64,000 nucleotides of DNA from Octopus sinensis (lineage: Eukaryota). Each line of letters opens with the position of its first letter. Position 1 is the stretch's first letter. The translations under genes and the position numbers were made by a program. The notes below the pieces were generated by a model. The model worked only from the letters and a program-made list of their open reading frames with translations, did no database searches and was not told where the DNA came from. The DNA is taken from NCBI RefSeq assembly GCF_006345805.1, contig NC_043003.1, positions 7,192,001 to 7,256,000 on the forward strand. Direction: 5' to 3'. This document shows positions 26,020-37,929 of the stretch, one piece after another.

Positions 26020-27672
26020 TTCAAGCATGCCTTGAGTCGTCTCCGCTCTGGCATCATGTCAGGTCACTGACCCTGACAATCAACATGAGGGCTCGATTGC
26101 TCGGCGACCAAACGTCGGCTAACTTCGCAGGCGACATTCTGAGACTTGGCGACGGTAAAGTGCCTCTTAACGCTGATGGGGAACTGGACGTCCACCCGTT
26201 CGCAACTCCCGTTTCATCTCTGGCCAAACTCACCAATAAAGTGTTTCCCCATTTTAAAAATAATTATCTCGACCATGAATGACTGCCTGAAAGAGCAGTG
26301 CTGGCTCCGAAAAACGTGACCGTTAGAAAACTTAATGATCAACTGTTGCAGTCACTTCCTGGTGCTCCTTCCGCATCCAAATCTGTAGATAAGATGGTAG
26401 ATGCGAATGAATCGGTGAATTCCCCAACGGAGTTCCTCAACGCTTTAGTCCCTCCGGGCCTACCGCCACATCTGCTCCGCCTTAAAGTTGGAACTCCGGT
26501 TATGCTTCAGCGCAGTTTGGAGCCCCTTCCCCAGTCTGTGCAACGGAACACGTCTGGATGTAAAAAAATTGATGAAGCATGTTGTTGAGGCAACCGTCCC
26601 ATCTGGATGCGGAAAAGGTGAGGATGTATTCATTCCCACGATTCCCCTTACTCCCTCGGGAGCAGACATACCTTTCGCCTTCAGAAGATTGCAATTCCCG
26701 CTCCGGCTCAGCTTCGCCATGTCTGCCAACAAGTCCCAGGGTCAGACTCTTTCTGTGGCCGGACCTCTCTTGGAAGAGCTTGCTTTTCCCACGGCCAGCT
26801 GTACGTTGCATGCTCCAGAGTCGGCAATAGAGACAGACTGTTTGCATCAACACGTCGGGGGAAGACAAGAACCATTGTCTACAACGAAGTGTTATGTATT
26901 TGCCAAGGCTGAAATGGGTACGTTATCGCCATGCATGCATATAACAGGGTACGCTCAAATACTTTTACTATTTTTTGCCATATCAGACGGAAGTATCAGA
27001 AAAGGGCGCCTGCCTCTTGACATTCTGTGGGTTTACGGAAGGCACTGCTCTTTCAGACAGCCATTCATCGTAGGAGTACCACACGAACGCCTTCCATAAA
27101 GAGGTGGCGATTCGTTGCAGTTGCACGATATTAATGCGAAGAAACCGTGTTGTCAACCAGCTGTTACAAACGGACCAGCGGAAGGGCAGGTTAGGTATCT
27201 CATATTTGAGGACATTTCTGCTGCCTTTGTATACGGTCGGTTACCTCAAGTATGTTTATTCATAGCATTAAAGTGGCCAATTCAAGGGAAAGGATACCAA
27301 TTTACTAAACGCATGGCGGCTACGTGTTGCATGAACCTCTTGGGGGCGACATTCCAACTGTTGACCATTAACCTCCTTCAACTGGGAGCAATCTATTGCT
27401 CAAACGGTTCCCTCTTAGGAAACGCTGAAATTGTTCAACTCGTTCTCTTCCTATACGTTTATCTGTGTGCTTCATTCTACGGATTCATTCGCAAGTGTAT
27501 GGTTCTAAGCTGCGCTGGGCTGAGGAGTAAGCTGTTGAAATCAGAAGAGCACTGCGCGAACGCGGTAGCCGAGGTAGGGATCAAAAATTTTCTCAAGTGT
27601 AAGGCCTCATCTTTCCGCAGTTGAATGATACTTTATTAAAACCCGTGCAACGCCGGATACTACAGCTACTAG
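26020..27672 (+). mobile_element. Helitron remnant: PIF1 helicase C-terminal half plus 3' end
   Basis: LAPKNVTV, GLPPHLLRLKVG, LCNGTRL, RRLQFPLRLSFAMSANKSQGQT with stops and frameshifts; 3' CCCGTGCAACGCCGGA...CTAG at 27669-27672. Confidence 0.85.
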
Positions 27673-27719
27673 TGTGTGTGTGTGTGGTGTGTGTGTGTGT
27701 ATATATATATATATTATAT

Positions 27720-29352
27720 ATATATGCTGATGCACCGCCGTTTTGTGCTACACTGTTATTGCGACGAACCTCGTCTAATATGTGGCACTTGGTGAAGAAT
27801 GGAGTTTGATACAGCTACTCTCATTTGCGCCTCTTGCCGTGAGGTAGGTTCATCTGGGACTCTTGACAGGAAGATGTCCAGTTTTGATTTAAAAACCGCT
27901 ACATCTACTTTGTGCAAGTTCCTCAGACTCTTTGGGAGAATATTAAAAAGCTGTGGGCCCTTGAATCCCAGGCTGTTACAGAAGCTGGTCCTGAAGCGTG
28001 ATGGCATTGCTGGGATCTTTGGCACTATGCAGTGTCGTCCCGTTCTAGCATTGGTGTAGCTTACAATGCCAAAATTTGGCACAATTTACACTGGTGGGTG
28101 ACCATAGCTGTGAGCAGTAATCCAGGCGACTGAGAACGAATGTCCGCCAGAGGACCATCATGGTTTCCTTATCTCTGGTTCTGAATGTTCTTAGGATCCA
28201 TCCAGCCAGTCGTCTGCACTTTGTCGCCATCCTGGTAATGTGCACTTGGAAAGAGGTATCATCACTCATGTCGATACCCAGGTCCCTCACAGATTTAGGC
28301 TCTGGGATTGAAATTCCCTGTGGACCGGTGTATCCTGTAAGTTTAATATTTAGTTTTGGATGCTGGTAGCGCAGGGCCTGGAATTTTTCAGCATTAAACT
28401 GCATATTATTATCCTCAGCCCATCTGTAGATTGAGTCCAACTCCTGCTGCAGGTGTGCAACATCGCTGGGGTTCTGTATTTTCTGCGAGACTTTCGTATC
28501 GTCTGCATAGCTGGCCAGAGTGGCTATCCGGGCATTTGAGGGCATATCTGAGAGGGCCACTATAAAAAGCAGTGGTCTCAAGACAGTGCCCTGTGGAACA
28601 CCGCTCACTATTTGTGTGCTCATAGAGGTGGCTCCATTAACCACTACTGTCTGACTCCTATCTTTCAGGAAGTCATGCAACCACACTCCAAGTTTTCCAG
28701 TTATGCCGAGGTCACGTAGTTTGTGGCATATCATACCATGATCCACCTTGTCAAAAGCTTTTGCAAAATCAAGGTAGATTACGTCCACATTTGATTTGTT
28801 GAGTAACTGCCTCAACACCCAGTCATAATGCTGTAAGAGCTGCGTCAGGCAGCTCCTACCTGGTCGAAAACCATGCTGGGTATTACTCAGCAAGTTATTT
28901 TCCTCAAGGAATGCGATTAGTTTCTTTCTGACTATCCTTTCCATGACTTTGCTGATGTGTGAAGTCAGAGAGATAGGCCTATAGTTTTTGGCATCTGCTC
29001 TACTTCCCCCTTTATGTATTGGGTATATTATTCCCTCCTTCAGCTTGCTTGGCAGTTTGCCATTCACAAGAAAGCTCTGGAAGAGAATCTTGAGGGGTTT
29101 TGCCAGGGCATGCTTACACGCTTTGAAGAGGATGGCTGGGAAACCGTCTGGACCAGCAGCTGAGTTTGTGTCCACTTCATCTATGGCTAGTAGGACATCT
29201 TTTTCGCTAATGTCAATACATTCTATTGTAACCGCCTTGCTGGTTATAGGTGAGGCGGCAAAGAAGTCCACTGGTTCGTTCACTTGTCTGTGTTCCAACG
29301 GGGTGGTAAAGACACTTTTGAACTGGCCATTCAGCATCTCACTGATCATAGT
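27720..29352 (-). mobile_element. CR1-clade LINE, 5'-truncated, RT domain open (28045-29349), internal deletion near 28080
   Basis: NYRPISLTS, QHGFRPGRSC, YLDFAKAFDKV, GVPQGTVL, YADD; C-terminal VPDEP motif. Confidence 0.92.
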
Positions 29353-29364
29353 TGGACAAATATA

Positions 29365-29406
<42 letters not shown>

Positions 29407-29426
29407 ATATATATAATATATATATA

Positions 29427-29467
<41 letters not shown>

Positions 29468-29497
29468 GCGAGAAAAAAGCAACAAGAATGGATAGGT

Positions 29498-29588
29498 TTT
29501 TAGTACAATCGTTTCATACAAGGACAGGCTTTATTAAAAGTTGCAAAAATTGCAGCATATAAACGTGTCCCGTACTCATCAGCTAAAA
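29498..29588 (-). ncRNA. Type I minimal hammerhead ribozyme motif, family D (left arm)
   Basis: Exact reverse complement of 30035-30125. Confidence 0.8.
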
Positions 29589-30034
29589 TACATGTGAGTT
29601 CTCTAGACATCCTAGTGGTTGAGGCTATACTCATGAAGTATGTAGATAATTAAGTAACATAAACAGATTTCCAAAGTTCATTAAAGTTCTTTAAAGTTCT
29701 TTAAAGATGATGTACAGTCTTATCACAGAATTTTAAAAAAGTTTTAATAGCATCACAGAGAAGGTGACTTAATCCATAGTGTACATATGAATTTCCAGAG
29801 ATATGAGGACCCTCCTCATATCTCTGGAAATTCATATGTACACTATGGATTAAGTCACCTTCTCTGTGATGCTATTAAAACTTTTTTAAAATTCTGTGAT
29901 AAGACTGTACATCATCTTTAAAGAACTTTAAAGAACTTTAATGAACTTTGGAAATCTGTTTATGTTACTTAATTATCTACATTACTTCATGAGTATAGCC
30001 TCAACCACTAGGATGTCTATAGAACTCACATGTA

Positions 30035-30125
30035 TTTTAGCTGATGAGTACGGGACACGTTTATATGCTGCAATTTTTGCAACTTTTAATAAAGCCTGTC
30101 CTTGTATGAAACGATTGTACTAAAA
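30035..30125 (+). ncRNA. Type I minimal hammerhead ribozyme motif, family D (right arm)
   Basis: UUUUAG-CUGAUGA-GUACGGGAC...GUCCUUGUAU-GAAA-CGAUU-GUA/CUAAAA; 6-bp helix I; helix III ACGAUUGU is self-complementary with two G.U pairs; predicted cut after 30119. Confidence 0.82.
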
Positions 30126-30264
30126 ACCTATCCATTCTTGTTGCTTTTTTCTCGCTTATAATAACCCACATTACTGTATTGTTAAAACCGTATAGTTTTT
30201 TGGTGCATCTAAGTTAGGTACCATATTCAAGTAAATTCATTTATATTGACTTGAATCTTTATTG

Positions 30265-30324
<60 letters not shown>

Positions 30325-30326
<2 letters not shown>

Positions 30327-30518
30327 TATATTCTCTCTTTTACTCTTTTACTTGTTTCAGTCATTTGACTGCGGCCATGCTGGACTTATTCTTTGTAAGC
30401 CCAGTACTTATTCTATCGGTCTCTTTTGCCGAACCGCTAGTGACGGGGACGTAAACACGCCAGCATCGGTTGTCAAGCAATGCTAGGGGAACAAACACAG
30501 ACACAACAAACATATACA

Positions 30519-30562
<44 letters not shown>

Positions 30563-30740
30563 TATTATATATATACATATATACGACAGGCTTCTTTCAG
30601 TTTCCGTCTACCAAATCCACTCACAAGGTATTGGTCGGCCCGGGCTATAGCGGAAGACACTTGCCCAAGATGCCACGCAGTGGGACTGAACCCGGAACCA
30701 TGTGGTTGGTAAGCAAGCTACTTACCACACAGCCACTCCC
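30325..30740 (-). mobile_element. SINE family 2 with internal deletion
   Basis: Matches 12301-12748. Confidence 0.8.
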
Positions 30741-30864
30741 TCAAATAATAATAACTATATATATATATATATATAATTATTATTATTTGAGGGAATATTA
30801 TTCCTAACTTACAGGGGAAAATTCAATTTAGAAATACTAAATCAAATTTCACTAAATATAATAT

Positions 30865-31617
30865 CTTTATATATATAAAACTGAGAATGTGTGTCTGTCT
30901 GTCTGTCTGTCTGTCTGTGTGTTTCCCTAAAACTTGAGAACTACACAACCAATTTCATTCAAATTTTACACACGCCTTACTTAGGGTCCGGGGAGTGTCA
31001 TCGGCAAAAAAAATCGGCAAAAAAATGCAGAAATGGAATAGTCCAGATGGATAATAAAAAATTAAATTAAAGAAAAGACTATTGTTTATAAAGTATACAA
31101 TGTAGAGAAAAAAGAAGATTTGAACACATGGAGGAAAGCATCTTCGAAAAGTGTCTTGGTGCGATTATGAAAGATATATAATCAGAGGCGGTAAATTCGC
31201 CACAATAGAAGCAAGGTTAGAGTCAACGGAGCGTGCAAGGGAGTACTCGACTCGAACTTGCAAAGTGGAAATATTTTATTTTTACCTTTATATCTGGGAT
31301 GTAGGTCGTCTCGGAAAAAAATTTAAAATGCCCCCTCCCCCCGAAGTAGAGGTAGGCTGGATTGTAGCCACACTTCTATACAAGAGGGAGGACAAGATAC
31401 AATTGATCGAAATTACAAGAGACGGGCTAGCAATTCCAGTCTGTTATATATTTTGAGTATTGTTATCACTAGCGATATCAAGATATAACTTTGTATTTTG
31501 TATTTTATGTGTAGATGTATATATATAGATGTACATGTAATATGTACACATATATATATACACATATATACATGCACTAGCACTATGACCCGGCAACGAC
31601 TGGTCTTTAATGCTAGT
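30865..31617 (-). mobile_element. Deleted copy of the 17339-18872 Helitron-like element
   Basis: Both ends are shared; lacks the equivalent of about 17900-18730. Confidence 0.75.
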
Positions 31618-31623
31618 ATATAT

Positions 31624-31655
<32 letters not shown>

Positions 31656-32029
31656 AGAATTAGAAAAAAACTACCTTTTATCAATTCAAAATGAACAATT
31701 AAATTACACCATCTAGAAAATTACATATAACAGAAATATTAAAATTAAAATAACAATAATATACCGAAGATTAAGTAAATTGTAAAAAAAATAATAAAAA
31801 ACGTATATATGTCATTGGACAAGATTTAAAATGTATTTGGAATTCAAGGCTTCGAGCTGGCAGAAACATTAGCGAGTCGAGCCAAAAGTTCACTAGAATT
31901 TCTTCTGGCTCTTTACGTTTCGAGTTCAAATACTGCTGAGGCCAACACTTCCTTCCATCCTTTTGGTCCATAAAATAAAGTACCAATCAAGAACTGGGGT
32001 CGATGTAAACGGCGAATATTCCTAAAGAC

Positions 32030-32150
32030 CAAATTCCACTTGAAAGGAAGAAGATTTCAAGACGTCAAAGAACTAAAGAATTCGATGAGGCAGCTGTTAG
32101 CCATCCCCCAAAATGTAGTTCAAGAAATGCTTCCGTCAAGGCAAACGACG
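32030..32150 (+). mobile_element. Mariner transposase C-terminal fragment
   Basis: LKGRRFQDVKELK. Confidence 0.5.
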
Positions 32151-33199
32151 CCCCCCAAATTTTCAGGCCTTGTTCCTGTGTTAGAAGAATTATCATTAAG
32201 GCGCTAAGATAACAGAATCGGAAGCACATCGGACCAAGCACTTAGCGGCATTTCTCACGGATTTACATTCTGAGTTCAAATTCAGCTAAGGTCGTCTTTA
32301 CCTTCAATCCTTTTGGGATCGATAAAATAAAGTGCCAGTGTTAGTCGACTACAAACACCTTCCTCTTAAAATTGTTGGTCTTGTGTCAAATTTTGAAACG
32401 ATTTATTTGGAATTCTCATTTTCGGACTTCCATGTATTAAACATTGAAATTCGAGGACAGCGCTGTCGTTTGTTTGAAGCACTGTAATACAAAAGCAAAA
32501 ATAACTTATGAAGATGGAGAACTTCTTATAACTACTGCTAGCTACCCAGGGTAGGATAATAAAGAATAAAGCACATTCCCAAGTCATAGGAGTTCATAGG
32601 ATCGGTTTCCCGGTTTCTGCGGCGTGTATACAGGATGCGGCAGAAGTAAGGCCCTTATGTGTCTGAGTTTTCTAGGTTCTAATTGAATTAATTTTTTATT
32701 TCTTAAAAACTTCTGCGATTTGTTTTCATTATTGTATTAATCGTTTCTTTAAGTAATTCAATAAATTTGTGTTGAATAAAAAAATTACCGAATAAACACT
32801 TATATAATATAAAAGTTACTATAAAAAGTTAGTACAAATAGTCAAACAAAAAAGGAGATTATTTATCTGAGAAATTTTAGAAAAATTGAAAACAAACAGA
32901 TTTTGTCTCCTTCTCACCTCCACACATACTCTCTCTGTATGTTTCTCTTTTTCTCTCTCTCTTTCTCCCTCTTTCTCTCTCTCTCTCTCTTTCTATATAT
33001 ATATATATATATGTACTTTATTATATATATATATATTTAAAAGCAGCAGAAATATAACAATATAGAAATATAGCTTTTGTTATATTTCTGCTGCTTTTAA
33101 ATAAAACATATTAGTCTACCTCTGGTATTTGAGTACTCTTTTTTTCCCACCTTGTTTCACATTTATATGCTTACTCCGGTATATATATATACATCGTTT

Positions 33200-34520
33200 G
33201 TCGAAATACATAAATCCGGAGAAGCACACTCTAAGGTGTAGAGCAGTTAATATTATAGTGGGGTAGGCCGGGCCGGGTTTCTCGCTCATAAGGGGTTTAG
33301 CCTTACGGCGTACCTTCAGTCCCTAAACACTGTTGGCCTGAGACCTGTTTAAAATATAGAGGGTGGGGGAAAGCCTCGTTTTAGAGTAAAACGCTAGGTG
33401 ATCATCGCTCTTTGCTCTTGTCCATCGACCTTCGGCTGCGTTGCCATCTTGCGGTCACCAAAGCACCCCGAAGGTAAACGATTGTCTACCTTCGGCCTTG
33501 GTTATTGGTTTCCGGCTGTGGTGCTACTTGCAGGAATTTTCTAAAATGTAGGTATGATCCGAAAATCTCTGTCCTGGGGTTCAGGATGCGCTCTGGCACG
33601 AGCGAGTCTTTAAGGATCCTCGTGCGTTCGGCAATGCATAACTGGCACCGTTTCGTCTCGTTGATGTAGGGGCCTGGGTTCTCGAGTGTTTTGCATGCGA
33701 TCGAGTATGGAATCCCTTCGTCTCATAATTGCCAGATACGGCTGGCCAGCGACGTCACGTAGTCACAGTGCAGCCCACCTACTTATGTGGGCACGTGATG
33801 TCGTTGCGCCTGTTGCTGTTACAGATGCTGCTGTTGTCGCTGCTGTTGCTGCTAATGCCGCCGGTGGTGTTGTCGTTGCTAGAGTTGGGGCTGCTGCTGT
33901 TGGTGCTGGCGTTGGCGTTGGTGTTGGTGCTGGTCATATTCTTGTCCCTGCACGTGTTGCCTGTGGTGCAGTCGTTGTCGTCGCTGCTGCTGGCGCTGCC
34001 GCCGGTGTAGCTGTTGTTGTTGATGGAGTCGGGGCTGCTGGTGTTGTTGTGGTGCTGTTGTTGTAGTTGTTGTTGTTGTTAAGCAACGAGACGGGTAAGG
34101 ATGATTAGGTGACGGTCCAGGGCTTAGGGGCGGGAGACCCCAGACCTTGGAAAAAAAAGAAACTTTGGTCGTCTTGTTGTAGTCGAGGGCTCTTCGTTGA
34201 CGCCCGACACCACTGGGAGGTGGCCCTCGAAGTCGCTGGAAATGGAGATCTCCAGGTCCAAATTCTTGAACGGCTGTTGCTGTTGTTGTTGGTGGAGTCG
34301 GGGCTTCTGATGTTGTTGCTGGTGCTTGTTTGTTTGTTGAGCGAAGCGGTCTTCGTCCCTGAGTGGGAGAAGTCCGAAACGTGGTCCTTTGCTATTCGTA
34401 AGACCCGCAGAAGAGAAAGCAGGTCAACCCCCCCCCCGACACTGAGAGCAACGACGGATGGATGAATGCGCATCCAGGCTCAGCGGTTGCGTAGGAAGTC
34501 AAGGACAAGAAACAGGAAGA
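33200..34520 (-). mobile_element. Penelope-like element remnant (GIY-YIG endonuclease C-terminus at 33486-33755)
   Basis: TSLASRIWQL*...PYINETKRCQLCIAERTRI...LNPRTEIFGSYLHFRKFL matches the PLE pattern (C-x2-C, LNKRSE...H). Confidence 0.7.
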
Positions 34521-34559
34521 AAGAGTGAGAGAAAGTTGGAGCGAAAGAGATCAATATAT

Positions 34560-34577
34560 ATAAATATAAATAAATAA

Positions 34578-34654
<77 letters not shown>

Positions 34655-34663
34655 TTATTTATT

Positions 34664-34701
<38 letters not shown>

Positions 34702-34767
34702 TATATAATATATATATGTATATAATATATATATATACATATATATACATATATATATATAATATAT

Positions 34768-34850
<83 letters not shown>
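34560..34850. repeat. (TA)n microsatellite
   Basis: Direct reading of the sequence. Confidence 0.95.
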
Positions 34851-34858
<8 letters not shown>

Positions 34859-35782
34859 ACATGTATGTATGTAGGTATGTAGGTAGATAGGGAAGGAGAG
34901 AGGGAAGTTGGTAGGTATTATGTAGTTGTTGCGTAGGCAGGTAGGTATGTAGGTAAGTAGGTTGGTGTGAGGGTTCGTATGTTTTTTATGTGTGTATGCT
35001 TGTATGTATGTACCAAATACAATTACAGTTTTTATTTACTGTGTTGTGAAGATAATGAAAAAGAATAATGTGTGGTCTGCCTATTTAAATCTGTTGTATG
35101 CAAAACTTGAATGTTCATTCTATATGCTAGTTCGTAAATAATAACTCTCATCACATATGCATGTAACTTAGGTTCCATTGTGTGTGTTTTTGTATAAATA
35201 TTTGTAGGCGATACGAACACGCATTTGTTACGATTCAATGATTCTTATGAAAGTCGCGTATTTTCATTGGTTAATTCTATGCTTACGTCACATTCAGTCA
35301 ACCAATGAAATGCCACTGTTGAATATCCTGTATATCCGTATTGAAATTAATTCGTTCAAATCAGCAGAGCAATTGTAAATTGAACTTACGGTGTAGTTTT
35401 CATTTTCAATGGAAACTCGATCATAAGTTTCCACGCTAAAATAAAGAAATAAATAAAAATGCATGAATTTAAAACATTCAGTTTTCTCCTTTATCTAAAA
35501 CCTGGATTTTGGTGCCATTTTATAATACTAGCGTAGCATGGAATGCGATGACCTCACAGGTTGAACATTTTATATGCTTATTGTCAAAAGTATGTTACAT
35601 TTAAGGAAAGGCGTGACCAATTTGGCTGCTGCGCGCGGCGGCCAAAACGCATGCAACGATATTGTTTTAGTAGAAAACAATGCTTAATAGACACGTATAC
35701 AAACAAGCAGACGACACACGTTGAGCCTGTAGTTCTCAACCCTTTGGAGCGACAAAGATTTGGCACCAATCTCAAATCATTC

Positions 35783-37111
35783 CAATACCCAAAAAAGGCG
35801 TTTTATCCCTCGTCACCAACTACAGGGGTATATCTCTAATGTCAATTGCTGCAAAACTGTACAACAAACTGATCCTAAATCGTCTTGTCCTTTTTGTTGA
35901 ACCTTTGCTCCGAAAGAACCAAAATGGGCGCTCAACTGAGCCAGTATCTGAGCCAGATACTATGCCTACGCAGACTTATTGAAGAATCAAAAGCATTTAA
36001 TCGCGATCTTGCAATGGTATTTGTAGACTTTTCTAAAGCGTTCGATTCTGTAGATAGGTACAAGATGTTTGAAATCCTTAAGCTCTATGGGATATCAGAC
36101 AAAATCATTTCTCTGCCATCAAGGTCCTCTACACAGATACGTCTTCAACCATCTTAACCCCTGACGGAGAAACATCATCTTTCTCAATCAAAGCCGGAAT
36201 ACTGCAGGGAGACACACTCGCCCCATTTCTTTTCATCATTGTTGTTGATTATGTGCTACGTATGTCAGTTGATACCATCTCTGGCAAGGGCTTTGAAATA
36301 AAACCAAGAAGAAGTTCCAGACACCCAGCTGAGTACTTGACAGACACTGACTTTGCTGACGACATCGCTCTTATCAGTGATTCTCTCTCCAATGCCCAGT
36401 CTCTTTTACAATCTCTTGAACAAGCCTCAAATTGTGTAGGTCTTTACCTCAATGAGGCCAAAACTGAATACATAAACAAGTGCCTGTCCAACAGTGATTG
36501 CATCATCCATAACTCTCAACAACGCGCCCTTAAATATGGTTTCTGATTATAAATATCTTGGGTTATACATATCATCATCTGGAAAAGACTTTCTAACTAG
36601 AAAGGGTATGGCCTGGTCAGCCTGTAATGACATGCATAAGATCTGGTCATCAAATCTAAGTAGAGACTTCAAACTTGAAATATTCAAAGCCACAGTCGAA
36701 CCAATTCTACTATATGGCTCAGAAACCTGGACGTTATCAAAAAAGCTTGAGAGGCGGTTGGATGGAACCTACACTCGCCTCCTTATGAGAGCTCAAAATC
36801 TCTCGTGGAAGCGCCATCCAACCCAAATGCAAATATATGGGAAACTACCACCTGTGTCATCCCTTGTGAAAGGTAGGAGAGTCCAGTTTGCTGGACATTG
36901 TTGTAGAGCTGAAAAAGAAGTAATTTCTACTCTTCTCCTCTGGAAGCCATCTACTCGCAATACCAGAGGGCGCACACTCTCCTACCCTGATGTAATCTCC
37001 AGGGATACAGGCATCCAGCAACAGGACCTCCGTAATGCTATGATGGACCGTGAAGTCTGGTGTAGCATGGTAAATTCCATTGTCTCGACCACGGTCGAAC
37101 AATGATGATGA
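35783..37111 (+). mobile_element. RTE-clade LINE, 5'-truncated and frameshifted RT
   Basis: NYRGISLMSIAAK, FVDFSKAFDSV, GILQGDTLAP, FADD, ILLYGSETW; (ATG)n tail. Confidence 0.92.
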
Positions 37112-37186
37112 TCTCAACCTTTTTAAAATCCGGGCCAGATTAAAAACCTAGATTTTTTTAAGGAGCCGCACTCAAAAAAGTGAAAC

Positions 37187-37485
<299 letters not shown>

Positions 37486-37929
37486 CACGTACAACCGACC
37501 GAAATGCGTGAGTTCCCATGGCATGGTAACATGTACCATACTTTTGTAAAACATTTTAGGTGTCTGTAAAGTCACGAACAGACATAGACGACCTTACGGC
37601 TCCTTTGCTTTTGGCCCAGCGGAGCATCTAGGATGTGAGAGTTGAAGTAAGTAAGGGCCGTATCAGAGCCCAGTTAGTATCCATTCCAGTTAAGAAAACT
37701 AAAATGAACTGCTTTGCTCAAGGACATAATAAGCAGCGCCCTTCAGGAATTGAACCTACGTCTATATGGTCTTGAACTAATCTATCATCTTTGGTTCTTC
37801 ATGGTTGACCGAAGATCTTATGAAGCAGACGCTTATCAGACACGCAACAACATGGAAGAGCCCTTCAGTAGATATGTATATACTGTGGAGTTCAGGTGAT
37901 GTGTGCACAGTGGGCCTTCTCAGGTGAGG

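Larger units (their letters stand above)
29468..30155. repeat. Near-perfect palindrome, arms about 343 bp, 3-nt spacer (29810-29812)
   Basis: One mismatch and one indel seen between the arms. Confidence 0.95.

Noticed and set aside
28045-29349. Host gene or active LINE from the 434-aa ORF
   Set aside because: 5'-truncated CR1 RT lacking the endonuclease, with an internal deletion near 28080.
33255-33300. Hammerhead in the PLE remnant's 3' region
   Set aside because: The core reads CUUAUGA and helix I is not complementary.
33686-34066. Ala/Val/Gly-rich ORF
   Set aside because: Antisense reading of CAA/CAG trinucleotide repeats inside the PLE remnant.
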